A DNA stretch of 57,071 bases. Source: an uncultured Ardenticatenales bacterium. Its GTDB lineage: Bacteria > Chloroflexota > Anaerolineae > Ardenticatenales > Ardenticatenaceae. Position 1 is the first letter of the stretch. Every line of letters starts with the position of its first letter. The position numbers and the translations under genes are program-made. The DNA is taken from assembly GCA_966690745.1 (NCBI GenBank), contig CBKYSX010000001.1:1-57071 (forward strand), written 5' to 3'. The notes under the pieces are model-generated. The model had not been told where the DNA came from and did no database searches. It saw nothing but the letters and a program-made list of their open reading frames with translations. Below are positions 35,488 to 44,300 of the stretch, piece by piece.

Positions 35488-36150
35488 ATGCCCCATCTAC
35501 TTGACCTCTCTCACACTGTAGAAGACGGAATGATTACCTATAAAGGGTTGCCCGCCCCCATCATTTGCGATTATTTGAGCCGCGAAGCCTCCCGCAAGAT
35601 TTACGCAGAAGGGACGGAATTTCAGATTGGCAAAATCGAATTGGTGGCGAATACGGGAACCTATATTGACAGCCCCTTCCATCGGTACGCCGATGGCAAA
35701 GACCTGTCGGATTTGGCATTAGAGCAAGTTGCCCATCTTGAAGGCGTGTTGGTGCGGGTGGGGATTCGGGAAGAACGTGCTATTACCGAAAGTGTTTTTG
35801 CCCATATAGAAATAAGGGGTAAGGCAGTATTGGTACAAACAGAGTGGAGCCGCCATTGGCGCACCGACCAATACTTCGAGGGGCATCCCTTCCTCACCGA
35901 ATCCGCCGCGATGTACCTGCGTGATCAGGGCGCGGCATTGGTGGGCATAGACACCTACAATATTGATGATACTGCCGATGGTCGCCGCCCGGTGCATACG
36001 GTGTTGTTGGGGGCGGATATTCCGATTGTGGAACACATGACGGGGCTGGCGCAATTGCCTGATAAAGGGTTCCGTTTCTATGCGGTTCCCGTCAAGGTCA
36101 AAGGGTTTGGCACCTTTCCGGTGCGGGCATTTGCGGTTGTGGATGAATAA
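35488..36150 (+). CDS. Cyclase family protein (kynurenine formamidase-like)
   Basis: MPHLLDLSHTVEDGM.TYKG.P, GTYIDSPFH, and a DxxN..D region. GGAGG lies 6 nt upstream of ATG 35488. The ORF stays open in frame back to 35278 (see findings). Confidence 0.75.
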   Translation: MPHLLDLSHTVEDGMITYKGLPAPIICDYLSREASRKIYAEGTEFQIGKIELVANTGTYIDSPFHRYADGKDLSDLALEQVAHLEGVLVRVGIREERAITESVFAHIEIRGKAVLVQTEWSRHWRTDQYFEGHPFLTESAAMYLRDQGAALVGIDTYNIDDTADGRRPVHTVLLGADIPIVEHMTGLAQLPDKGFRFYAVPVKVKGFGTFPVRAFAVVDE

Positions 36151-36404
36151 TGCGCCCATCCCCGGAAAAAAGCAGTTTTCTGGCGGGATAGCACGCCGGA
36201 CAATACGGAACTCCTCTGTGCCCATTACATCACCCATTCCGTAATAATAAAGAAAGTTGGCATATTCCCTGCGCTCGCAACACTAAAGTGACTGTGCTAT
36301 AGAGCCGTTATCTATGGATTCCCGCATTTAACGGCTCGCTGGTTCCTGGTGCGAATGAACATAAGAGAATAATCCCGTAAAAGACTATGAAGTCCTTTTG
36401 ACCT

Positions 36405-36435
36405 TAAAAACAAAAGTGGCAGTCAAAACTGCCAC
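36405..36435 (-). terminator. Intrinsic terminator after the VOC gene
   Basis: Stem gtggcagt/actgccac, followed on the minus strand by uuuuguuuuu. Confidence 0.65.
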
Positions 36436-36476
36436 CGGGTTCGTTTTGTATTCAATTTTGAGGAAGGTACAGCCAA

Positions 36477-36887
36477 TTACTTATCCTGTGACAGCACCAT
36501 GATATTGCCGCTGTTATCCTTGAAAATGGCTTCGATAATCCCGTAGGGGCGATCTGTGGGCGGTTGCAAAAACTCTACCCCTTTGGCATGGAGCGTTTCA
36601 TAGGTTTTCTGGCAATCGTCGGTCTTCCAGGGACCAATACCCAGCTGTCCCCCTTCTACAAGGTCGGTCAGTTGCTTCACTTCTTCGTGTCCCAGCCCAC
36701 CCACCGGTTTCACTGCCGCCAGTTGAAATTCGATATCCGGTTGGCTGGGCAAACCAACGGTGAGCCAGCGATAATCGCCATTGGTAAAATCGGCGCGGAT
36801 TTCGAAACCCAGTTTTTCCGTATAAAAGCGTAACGCTTCATTTTGATCCAGAATCCAAATGGTGGCAACGGTTAGTCGGTTAATCAT
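36477..36887 (-). CDS. VOC (glyoxalase/bleomycin-resistance) family protein
   Basis: About 136 aa with a beta-alpha-beta-beta-beta pattern (FY.EKLGFE..., G.EF...P.D.PYG). Confidence 0.75.
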   Translation of the reverse strand: MINRLTVATIWILDQNEALRFYTEKLGFEIRADFTNGDYRWLTVGLPSQPDIEFQLAAVKPVGGLGHEEVKQLTDLVEGGQLGIGPWKTDDCQKTYETLHAKGVEFLQPPTDRPYGIIEAIFKDNSGNIMVLSQDK

Positions 36888-36974
36888 CGGTCAGCTTCTC
36901 CTGAGCAGGTATTGATATATAGCCAAATTGTAAAACATTTGTGCTGTTTTTGCTTCTTGAAAATTGCTCAGTTT

Positions 36975-37382
36975 TTAGAAATCAGGCTGATCATTGATAC
37001 CATGGCGCACACAAACGCAAAATGGAATATAAGCGGGATTTTTGGGATAAGGCTGACTGTTAAGGCGATAGGCGCGGGGTGATACGCCAACAACATTGCG
37101 AAACAGGGTACTAAATGACCCTAAACTTTCAAAACCAACAACCACACAAATTTCGGTGATAGTGAGGTCGGAGTTCCGCAAGAGTTCTTTGGCTTTGGCA
37201 ATCCGTTGTCCTACCAGATATTGATGCGGAGTTTGTTTATAGAGATGCTTGAATGCCCGAATCAGATAATAGGGTGAGAGCGCAACTTCACGGCTCAAAT
37301 CATCAATCGTGATGGGCGCGTCATAGCGTTGTTCCAATAATAGGCGGGCAAGCCGGACTTGTTTATGAGGGGTGGAGCGCAC
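36975..37382 (-). CDS. AraC-family transcriptional regulator (HTH-only, MarA/SoxS-like size)
   Basis: Double HTH: IDDLSREVALSPYYLIRAFK...G.TP..Y...RI..A..LL....L.I.EI...VGF.S...F...F....G.SP..YR. Confidence 0.85.
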   Translation of the reverse strand: MRSTPHKQVRLARLLLEQRYDAPITIDDLSREVALSPYYLIRAFKHLYKQTPHQYLVGQRIAKAKELLRNSDLTITEICVVVGFESLGSFSTLFRNVVGVSPRAYRLNSQPYPKNPAYIPFCVCVRHGINDQPDF

Positions 37383-37591
37383 AGAGGATTTCTCCGATAA
37401 GAAGGGTAACTATGGTTACTATAGCATTTTTCTACGACGATTCCAGCATTATCTTTCGCCCCCATGTCACCATTTTTGCTTGACCTTCCATCTTCATTTC
37501 GTTACACTACCATTACCCATACAACTATATAAAAGCGCGGTTGTCTCGCACGGAGCCACCGCGCTTTTTTGTCCCTACAGGAGTTAAAACC

Positions 37592-38644
37592 ATGAGCTTT
37601 GAACCCAACTTCGACCTCTTAAAAGAATTATGTGAAAGCCCGGGTGTATCGGGGCGGGAAGAGGAAATTCGCAAAGTGGTGGTGCGCCATTTGCACCCGT
37701 TATGCGATGAGATCCAAATAGACACGATGGGCAATGTGATTGGTATTAAAAAGGGGAAAGGCAACAAGCGGGTTTTGATAGCGGGTCATATGGACGAGAT
37801 TGGCTTTATTGTGAATCACATTGATGACAAAGGCTTTCTGCGACTACAACCCATTGGTGGGTGGTCGGCACGCAACATGGTATCGCAACGGGTCTATGTA
37901 CATGGATATGCCGGGCAGAAGTTGTTGGGGGCATTACAATCCACCAAGAAAATGACCCCTGCAACGGTAGGGGATATGAGCATGACCCTTGACGATTTTT
38001 TTGTGGATGTGGGCATGTCCGCTGAAGCGGTCAAAAAATTGGTGGAAGTAGGCGACCCGGTGACGATGGCGCGTACCACGGAACGGGTGGGCGATAATGT
38101 CGTCAGCAAAACACTGGATGACCGGGTGGGGGTCTTTATGGTCTTGGAAACTCTGCGCCGCTTGCAAGAATTGGGTGAGCATGAGTGTGATATTCTGGCG
38201 GTGGCAACCGTACAGGAGGAAGTCGGGTTGCGCGGGGCAACCACGGTTGCCTATCATCTGGAACCGGATATCGGGATTGCGCTGGACATTACACTGGCGG
38301 GCGATCACCCTGATTCCACGCCCCGGGACTATATGACCGAGTTGGGCAAAGGGGTCGCATTAAAAATCAAGGATGGCTACTCCATCAGTACGCCAACACT
38401 GGTGCGCCATTTCCGGGATGTGGCGGAGGCACACAAGATTCCCTATCAATTGGAACTGCTCCCCTTTGCGGGGTCGGATTCCGCCGCTTTCCTGCTCTCG
38501 CGGGGCGGAATGCCCGCCATCACACTTTCCCTGCCGACCCGCTACGCCCATACCCCCAACGAAACGGCGGCGTGGGAAGATATCAAAGGCTCCATTGAGT
38601 TGTTGGCACGGTATTTGATGGAGGCGCATACGCTGGCGTATTGA
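37592..38644 (+). CDS. M42 family metallopeptidase (glutamyl aminopeptidase / FrvX-like)
   Basis: L.EL....G.SG.E..IR, AGHMDEIGF, DDR.G, QEEVGLRGA, and a C-terminal RY.HTP.E. AGGAG precedes ATG 37592. Confidence 0.85.
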   Translation: MSFEPNFDLLKELCESPGVSGREEEIRKVVVRHLHPLCDEIQIDTMGNVIGIKKGKGNKRVLIAGHMDEIGFIVNHIDDKGFLRLQPIGGWSARNMVSQRVYVHGYAGQKLLGALQSTKKMTPATVGDMSMTLDDFFVDVGMSAEAVKKLVEVGDPVTMARTTERVGDNVVSKTLDDRVGVFMVLETLRRLQELGEHECDILAVATVQEEVGLRGATTVAYHLEPDIGIALDITLAGDHPDSTPRDYMTELGKGVALKIKDGYSISTPTLVRHFRDVAEAHKIPYQLELLPFAGSDSAAFLLSRGGMPAITLSLPTRYAHTPNETAAWEDIKGSIELLARYLMEAHTLAY

Positions 38645-38651
38645 GAAGTGG

Positions 38652-38725
38652 GTATTGAGAAAACGACAATGCTACGTTCCTGTGTGGAAGTAAGTACAGG
38701 AGGCAGGTTGCCGTTTTCTCAATAC
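38652..38725. repeat. Long hairpin of the gagaaaacg word class (family E-like), terminator position
   Basis: An 18-bp stem with one mismatch (gtattgagaaaacgacaa / ttgccgttttctcaatac) and a 38-nt loop, between the M42 stop and the next start. Confidence 0.55.
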
Positions 38726-38776
38726 TCAATACCTGATACTCCAATGCCCCCGTCACACAGCCAAAAGGAGATACTT

Positions 38777-39223
38777 ATGCCTTACCCATGCCCCGACTGC
38801 GGCGGGTTGGTTCCCGATGATGCCCAATGCTCCGACCGATTCTGGGAGGCGCAAACTATTGAAGGTTCCAACCCCGCTTATTATGCCGTACATCAGTTAA
38901 GCGTTCCCGCTTACTATCTACAACATAATCTCTATTCCCGTTCCGGGTGGCTGAGCGTGCGGAAACTGATGGGTGAGTTTCTCTTTGAAGGCTTGACCCC
39001 GCAGTACGCCCGCCGGAAATACCGCGATGATTTTGATGGCGGCAACCGTACCGAAAGTATTACACGGGGACCTAAATTAGAGGAAGTGGCGGAGGTAAAG
39101 TGGACGTTTACGATGGCGGATGTGCGGGTAGATACCGCAGAGCATTATTGCGAGGATGTACGGCGGTGGGCGGAAAGCATCTATCACGATAGTGCGGCAA
39201 TGGTGGCAGGCTTAGCCAGTTAA
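38777..39223 (+). CDS. DUF5946-like Cys-rich protein
   Basis: AAGGAG RBS. MPYPCPDCGG...C...F......YA.VHQL.V..YYLQH. The family name is recalled from the motif only. Confidence 0.4.
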   Translation: MPYPCPDCGGLVPDDAQCSDRFWEAQTIEGSNPAYYAVHQLSVPAYYLQHNLYSRSGWLSVRKLMGEFLFEGLTPQYARRKYRDDFDGGNRTESITRGPKLEEVAEVKWTFTMADVRVDTAEHYCEDVRRWAESIYHDSAAMVAGLAS

Positions 39224-39281
39224 CCCCGGAAGTGCATAACTTCTATCTTATATTCCAATAGGTAATTTGTGTTAGAGATGA

Positions 39282-39845
39282 TCAGGAAGCAAAGAGAGCC
39301 GCTTGCTTCATTGTCTGATAAGCAAGAGGAAATGCCAAAACGGAGCCGACCATGGTTTTATCACGGACAGCCGTTTTCCGCACCCACCGTTGCATCCGTT
39401 GCCACCATTTTTGTGTTGAGGGGTGAACTATCGCGCCAATGAGACTATAGTGATTGCCAATCCATGAAAGATTCACTTGCTTGACCCTGCGAGGCAGTTG
39501 GAGCGAAAGACGGGTAAGCGTATCGTCTATCCAAAACACACCGGGATGTCCCGCTCCAAAATAGGGAACGGAACCATCACTTCTTCGTTTTTCTGTCCAT
39601 CCTTCCCAGGGTGCTTCTACAAATGTACTGACGAACAAAGACGATTTTTCCCAATCCAACGGAAGCGGTCCGCTGGGGATATGCCACAATCCATATTGCC
39701 GCGCCTCAAGCGTAGCAATATGTTTTTGCGCTTTCCATCTTCCGACTCCATCGGCAACAATCCATGCTATTTCTTCATCTTCATTAAGCCGATGAAGAAG
39801 TATCTCTATTTCAGAATCGAGATAGTAAATAGCAATATGGGGCAT
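39282..39845 (-). CDS. Hypothetical protein, apparently co-transcribed with def
   Basis: ATG lies 3 nt after the def stop. Trp-rich 187-aa protein with no motif I recognise. Confidence 0.5.
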   Translation of the reverse strand: MPHIAIYYLDSEIEILLHRLNEDEEIAWIVADGVGRWKAQKHIATLEARQYGLWHIPSGPLPLDWEKSSLFVSTFVEAPWEGWTEKRRSDGSVPYFGAGHPGVFWIDDTLTRLSLQLPRRVKQVNLSWIGNHYSLIGAIVHPSTQKWWQRMQRWVRKTAVRDKTMVGSVLAFPLAYQTMKQAALFAS

Positions 39846-39848
39846 CTA

Positions 39849-40490
39849 TCATTCGTCCGCAATCGTTTTTACCCCGGTGGTCGGAATCCCCGGCATGGGG
39901 TGGGGGGTCGCCTGAAATTCGGGGTGAACTTCCAGATAGGGCAGGAATTTCACTTTTTCATCATCTTCCGGGTCAGGAACCAGATAGTAAAGGTCGGCTA
40001 GGGTTTTAAGCCGATCAAAATACAAAATCCCGTCAAGGTGATCTATTTCGTGGGCGGCAACGCGGGCATCAAAGCCTTCAAAATAATACTCAACTTTGTT
40101 GCCTTCCATATCCAACGCCCGCACCCGCAAGAAGGTGGGTCGCCATGTATAGCCCTGTAAACCCGGAATGGAAAGACAGCCATCGTAGCTCCGCTCCAAA
40201 TCGGGGCTGGCTTCAAGGATTTCGGGGTCAATCAAAGGAATAATCTCCCCCAATTCTTCCTCTTCATCCTCCGGCTTTTCCCCGTTTTTGGTGCCAACCA
40301 CCACTAACGCCACGCGGGAATGCACCCCGATTTGGGGCGCGGCAAGCCCGACCCCATCCATCGTGTCCAGTGTATCTACCAAATCATGCACCAACCGGCG
40401 CACCTCTTTGGTCACTTTTTTAACGGGCGCACTCTTTTTCCGCAGGAATTTTTCGTATTTCGGGAGTTTGTAAACTTTGCGAATTGCCAT
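39849..40490 (-). CDS. def: Peptide deformylase (with acidic insertion and C-terminal extension)
   Basis: Motifs GVGLAAPQIG, DGCLSIPG, HEIDHLDG. Start set at ATG 40490, because the longer ORF would run through tRNA-Gly and its terminator. Confidence 0.9.
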   Translation of the reverse strand: MAIRKVYKLPKYEKFLRKKSAPVKKVTKEVRRLVHDLVDTLDTMDGVGLAAPQIGVHSRVALVVVGTKNGEKPEDEEEELGEIIPLIDPEILEASPDLERSYDGCLSIPGLQGYTWRPTFLRVRALDMEGNKVEYYFEGFDARVAAHEIDHLDGILYFDRLKTLADLYYLVPDPEDDEKVKFLPYLEVHPEFQATPHPMPGIPTTGVKTIADE

Positions 40491-40502
40491 CTTACCGGGG
40501 TT

Positions 40503-40548
40503 TTGGGGTATATCTGCCATTACTGAAAGCATGGCAGATATACCCCAA
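40503..40548. promoter_or_regulatory. 18-bp perfect inverted repeat just upstream of def
   Basis: ttggggtatatctgccat (40503-40520) and atggcagatataccccaa (40531-40548) with a 10-nt loop, ending 13 nt from the def ATG. There is no flanking U-run. Confidence 0.5.
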
Positions 40549-40564
40549 CTTGTGAATAAATACA

Positions 40565-40587
40565 AAAAGCCACGCAATGTGGCTTTT
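40565..40587 (-). terminator. Intrinsic terminator after tRNA-Gly
   Basis: Stem aaaagccac/gtggctttt, followed on the minus strand by uuuuugua. Confidence 0.75.
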
Positions 40588-40595
40588 GGGAAAAG

Positions 40596-40667
40596 AGCGG
40601 GTAAGGAGACTCGAACTCCTGACATCCAGCTTGGGAAGCTAGCGTTCTACCACTGAACTATACCCGC
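40596..40667 (-). tRNA. tRNA-Gly (anticodon CCC)
   Basis: Manual cloverleaf: GCGGGTA TA GTTC AGTGGTA GAAC G CTAGC TTCCCAA GCTGG ATGTC AGGAG TTCGAGT CTCCT TACCCGC T. CCA is not encoded. Confidence 0.9.
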
Positions 40668-40678
40668 AGAGTGGTAGG

Positions 40679-40706
40679 ATTATAACAAATGGCGGTAAAA
40701 AGTCAA
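40679..40706 (-). promoter_or_regulatory. Consensus sigma70 promoter for tRNA-Gly (TTGACT - 16 nt - TGTTATAAT)
   Basis: On the minus strand: -35 ttgact (rc of 40701-40706) and an extended -10 tgt tataat (rc of 40679-40687). The tRNA 5' end is about 12 nt downstream. Confidence 0.7.
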
Positions 40707-40716
40707 GCAAATTCAC

Positions 40717-41433
40717 TCAAAAAATTGCGCTCAGTCCGCGTAAGCCCTGCGCCCCGGCGATGGCGGCGGCGCGTTGTAGGGTTCGCTGTTCTACCATCTC
40801 CTGCACGGCTTCGATTTCCTGCTTCGTAGCGCAACACAACAGCCGCGTTGCAAACTGCCATACCTCATCCCGCCACTTCACAATAAGTTGATGAAGTATC
40901 CATTCATCCACCGCGCCCATCCATACATCTACCGTTCCCAGCATAGGGTCATACGGTTTCACAACCTCCTCTTGTACCTGATGAGTGGTACGAAAAATAA
41001 TTTCATTAACGTGACAATGATCCCGATACCTTATGGCTTGTTCGGCTTCTGTAAGCGTAGACCAATCCGGTAATTGTTCTACCAGCACAAAAACAAGGTC
41101 ATAACAGATATGGGCGTTGACCCCCAGCAATAAATCTTGTATGACATGCAATTCCGAGGTTCGTGCCGCTTCAAAGGTGTAATTCCATACGGAGGCAGGG
41201 GCAACCACACCCGTATCATAGGCATGGAGGGCTTCAAAATAATAATCGGCAAACCGATGCACCAACGCCTCTACCCATACCTGGTCCTCAAATTCACCCG
41301 CTTCCAACGCCTGTATCATATTGTCCGTCATCATCGAATAACAGGTTAGGAAAATGGCGCGGCGGTCCGCGTATTGCTTCCAACTTTCGATGAAAGAAGC
41401 CATCGTTTGTAGAACAGGGTGAGGGGTAATCAT
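40717..41433 (-). CDS. DUF5995-like protein
   Basis: The pattern F...Y..MT..M......G.F.D..WV..L..RFA.YYF.AL and LLGVNAHI.YDL is recalled as DUF5995. Confidence 0.4.
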   Translation of the reverse strand: MITPHPVLQTMASFIESWKQYADRRAIFLTCYSMMTDNMIQALEAGEFEDQVWVEALVHRFADYYFEALHAYDTGVVAPASVWNYTFEAARTSELHVIQDLLLGVNAHICYDLVFVLVEQLPDWSTLTEAEQAIRYRDHCHVNEIIFRTTHQVQEEVVKPYDPMLGTVDVWMGAVDEWILHQLIVKWRDEVWQFATRLLCCATKQEIEAVQEMVEQRTLQRAAAIAGAQGLRGLSAIF

Positions 41434-41535
41434 GAGGGTAACAATCTGATGAAACAGGTGAGCCTACTTTACCATACACTTTTTTTGCGCTCTGCCCAAT
41501 TGCGCTAAGGTTAGGACGATAAGGAGCAATAGAAT

Positions 41536-42144
41536 ATGACCACCGAACGATTGGCGGCGCAACTGGCATTTATCGTTGAAATAGACAAACTCAAATCAAT
41601 ACTGCGGGCGACCACCCTGACTGATAAATCCCGCCCCGAAAACAGCGCGGAACATTCCTGGCATCTGGCAGTGATGGCAATACTGTTGGCGGAACATGCC
41701 GATACCCCGGTAGATGTCACCCACGTCATCAAATTGTTATTGGTACACGATATTATCGAAATTGACGCGGGCGATACCCCCGCTTTTGGAGCAACGGGAC
41801 ATGATGACAAATTCGACCGCGAACAAATCGCGGCGGATCGCTTGTTCGGACTTTTACCGCCCGACCAATGCCAAGAATTGATGGCACTCTGGCATGAATT
41901 TGAAGCGCAGGAAACCCCCGAAGCCCATTTTGCACTTCTGGTAGACCGTCTTGGTCCTCTGCTTCAGAATGCCAATTGTGATGATGGCGGTTCGTGGGTG
42001 GCGTATAACGTAACGCGGGAGATGGTCGTTAAACGGATGCAACCGATTCAGGCATATTCCCAACCCATTTGGGCGCACACCGAAGCCATTATTGATAAGG
42101 GCGTGGCAGATGGTTTTATTCGGACAACAGTAGAAACAGAGTGA
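41536..42144 (+). CDS. HD-domain phosphohydrolase (YfbR-like 5'-deoxynucleotidase)
   Basis: ENSAEHSWHLA....LLVHDIIEIDAGDT (H...HD...D). Confidence 0.75.
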   Translation: MTTERLAAQLAFIVEIDKLKSILRATTLTDKSRPENSAEHSWHLAVMAILLAEHADTPVDVTHVIKLLLVHDIIEIDAGDTPAFGATGHDDKFDREQIAADRLFGLLPPDQCQELMALWHEFEAQETPEAHFALLVDRLGPLLQNANCDDGGSWVAYNVTREMVVKRMQPIQAYSQPIWAHTEAIIDKGVADGFIRTTVETE

Positions 42145-42223
42145 CGCTAAGAGCGGAAAAACGAGAAACCTCAAGTCAGCCATTTTCTCGTTTCTCATTT
42201 CTTCGTTCGCTTTCACAAAATCT

Positions 42224-42532
42224 ATGGAACAAAATCAGGACGAAACCGTGATGTTGCTCATCACCAATGCAAAAGAGCATGAGGTAACATTCCATCTGGA
42301 ACCGTGGGGTGAGTATTACGAGATGGCTTCAGGGCAACAATTCACAATCGTGATTGAAGGTGCGCCCAATCCACCTGAAATTGTTGTTACCGATGCCGAT
42401 ATTTTCTTTTGGGCTGGGGCAGATACCCATGTTCGTCTGTACCACAAAAATCAAGAGATAGGTGGACCAGTGCGTACTAGAACCCCGAATTTACCCACCG
42501 GACCTTTGCGCGGCATTTTAGGATTACCCTGA
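42224..42532 (+). CDS. Hypothetical protein
   Basis: 102-aa ORF with an ATG start, immediately followed by the next gene. No motif recognised. Confidence 0.4.
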   Translation: MEQNQDETVMLLITNAKEHEVTFHLEPWGEYYEMASGQQFTIVIEGAPNPPEIVVTDADIFFWAGADTHVRLYHKNQEIGGPVRTRTPNLPTGPLRGILGLP

Positions 42533-42533
42533 T

Positions 42534-42911
42534 ATGGACGATCTATTATCCCAAGCCCTGCTACAAGTTGCCCGTGCCCGTTCCGAGGCATTGGTTCGCA
42601 AAGACGCTGACACGATGCGCCGCATTCTGGCAGATGAGTTTGTCTATATCAATTCCGGCGGTGAGGTGTTAACCAAAACCGGGTATATTGAGGACTATGT
42701 AATTTCCCCTGATGCTCAATGGACTTCCCAAACGATGGAAGATGTACATATTCAGATATATGACACGGTAGGGGTCCTGCGTTGTCGCATCCATGATGTC
42801 GCAGAATTTGCCGGAGACCCCTTTGTTGCCTCCTTCCGCTCTCTTTTTGTCTACCGGCGCAATGGCGACGAATGGCAATGTGTGGTAGGGCAAACCACAG
42901 CAATCCCATGA
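42534..42911 (+). CDS. NTF2-like (DUF4440/SnoaL-like) protein
   Basis: About 125 aa with the pattern ..AR.EAL...D.D....L.D.F.YI...G. Confidence 0.5.
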   Translation: MDDLLSQALLQVARARSEALVRKDADTMRRILADEFVYINSGGEVLTKTGYIEDYVISPDAQWTSQTMEDVHIQIYDTVGVLRCRIHDVAEFAGDPFVASFRSLFVYRRNGDEWQCVVGQTTAIP

Positions 42912-43657
42912 ACCAACCCCTGCTTGATTACGATACCCACGGCGACCCATCCAAGCCGCCGTTTTTGCTATTACACGCAGGTGGTATGACCAAACATGAA
43001 TGGGATGCTTTTATCCCTACATGGTCCCAACATTTTTATCTGGTGATTCCTTCCGCCCTGGCACACGGAGCCAGCCCGAATGTGCCATCCTTTTCGATCA
43101 ACGCTATGGCGGAATCGGTGCTGGCAGTGATGAATCACCTGAATATTGAGAAGGCACATATTATTGGATCTTCGATGGGGGGTGCAACTGCCCTGTGGCT
43201 GGCACTGACCACGCCGCAACGGATAGACAAGTTGATTATCTTCCGTACCAGTTATCGCAGTTCTGCCGCTGTTCATGAAGGGGTATTACGGATGGCGGAG
43301 CCGGAAACATGGCGGCAGTGGCGGCTGGATGGCTGGATGCGTGAACAACATCTGCCACAGGGGGGCGAAGAGGCGTGGGTGCAGGTGACTCAGAAAGTGG
43401 CGGCGGCATTTGACCCTGCGACCACCCACCACGCCCACGATCTGGGGGATTTGGCGACGATTCAGCACCCGACCCTGCTCATTACCGGGGATCGGGATAA
43501 TGTCGTCCCCTTAGAAGATATGGTGGATATGTACCGTACTATTCCCAATTCTGCCCTATGGGTGGTGCCCAATGCCACCCACTTTATGGGCACGGAAGGA
43601 TGGCGGCGCGATGCCTTTGAGCAGGAGATTTTACGCTTCCTGCGCCAGCGACGATAG
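42908..43657 (+). CDS. Alpha/beta hydrolase
   Basis: ATGA start/stop overlap with the upstream gene. HAGG oxyanion region, nucleophile elbow GSSMGG, and C-terminal D...H (GDRD...ATHF). Confidence 0.8.
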   Translation: MNQPLLDYDTHGDPSKPPFLLLHAGGMTKHEWDAFIPTWSQHFYLVIPSALAHGASPNVPSFSINAMAESVLAVMNHLNIEKAHIIGSSMGGATALWLALTTPQRIDKLIIFRTSYRSSAAVHEGVLRMAEPETWRQWRLDGWMREQHLPQGGEEAWVQVTQKVAAAFDPATTHHAHDLGDLATIQHPTLLITGDRDNVVPLEDMVDMYRTIPNSALWVVPNATHFMGTEGWRRDAFEQEILRFLRQRR

Positions 43658-43660
43658 AAC

Positions 43661-43735
43661 GAACGACTGCATATTGCATAAACGACTAACGACCTCTGTT
43701 GCCCTTGTCGTTTACGCAATATGCAATACGCACTA
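43661..43735. repeat. Intergenic repeat family F, full palindromic copy
   Basis: An 18-bp stem with one mismatch (gcatattgcataaacgac / gtcgtttacgcaatatgc). The left arm is shared with 3012-3049. Confidence 0.6.
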
Positions 43736-43753
43736 CGGAATAACGATTTATCC

Positions 43754-44185
43754 ATGCAAAAGACAATTTTACTTTTATTGGGACTTTCTCTCTTCCTCAT
43801 CGGTTGTGGTGCGCCCGCCGGAACCAATACCGGGCAATATCAGGGGGCGATGTTTGAGAACTTGCCCCTGTTGGAAGGAAGCCAAGCCGCGACCAACACG
43901 CAGGTCGGTGCCGCGCTTCATACCATCGGGCTGATTCACCGCGAAACGGTGCGGAATCCACAATCGGGCTACTTCATCCGCGACTCGGAGCTTATAGACA
44001 CGATGGACGACTACGAGACGGCTATGTATCAATTGGGGTGGGGGTTGGTAGATGTGCTGGAATTTGGGAATGGGGGCTTTGTGCGCCGCTATCACCGCGA
44101 CAATGAACGTGCCGTGCTCGCCTTCCACTCCCATACGGGTGGCGGCACAGAGTTCGTCCTCTTACAAGGGGAAGTCCAAAATTAG
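43754..44185 (+). CDS. Hypothetical lipoprotein
   Basis: Signal peptide plus lipobox (LLLLGLSLFLIGC). No other motif. Confidence 0.55.
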   Translation: MQKTILLLLGLSLFLIGCGAPAGTNTGQYQGAMFENLPLLEGSQAATNTQVGAALHTIGLIHRETVRNPQSGYFIRDSELIDTMDDYETAMYQLGWGLVDVLEFGNGGFVRRYHRDNERAVLAFHSHTGGGTEFVLLQGEVQN

Positions 44186-44300
44186 TGATAAGTGAAAAGT
44201 GGTCAGTGATAAGTAAATGACAAACGACAATGTCGGGAAAATTTTCAGAGCAGCAATCTCTGTCGTTCACTTATCACTTTTCACTAACCACTGATCACTC
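44183..44300. repeat. Intergenic repeat family D, large imperfect palindrome between convergent genes
   Basis: The left arm (agtgataagtgaaaagtggtcagtgataagt) and right arm (acttatcacttttcactaaccactgatcact) are built from the same words. It shares an 18-mer with 10170-10187. Confidence 0.65.

Noticed and set aside
40491-40625. N-terminal 45 codons of the def ORF as given by the ORF track
   Set aside because: That extension would read through tRNA-Gly(CCC), its terminator and an 18-bp palindrome. The conserved deformylase sequence begins after ATG 40490.
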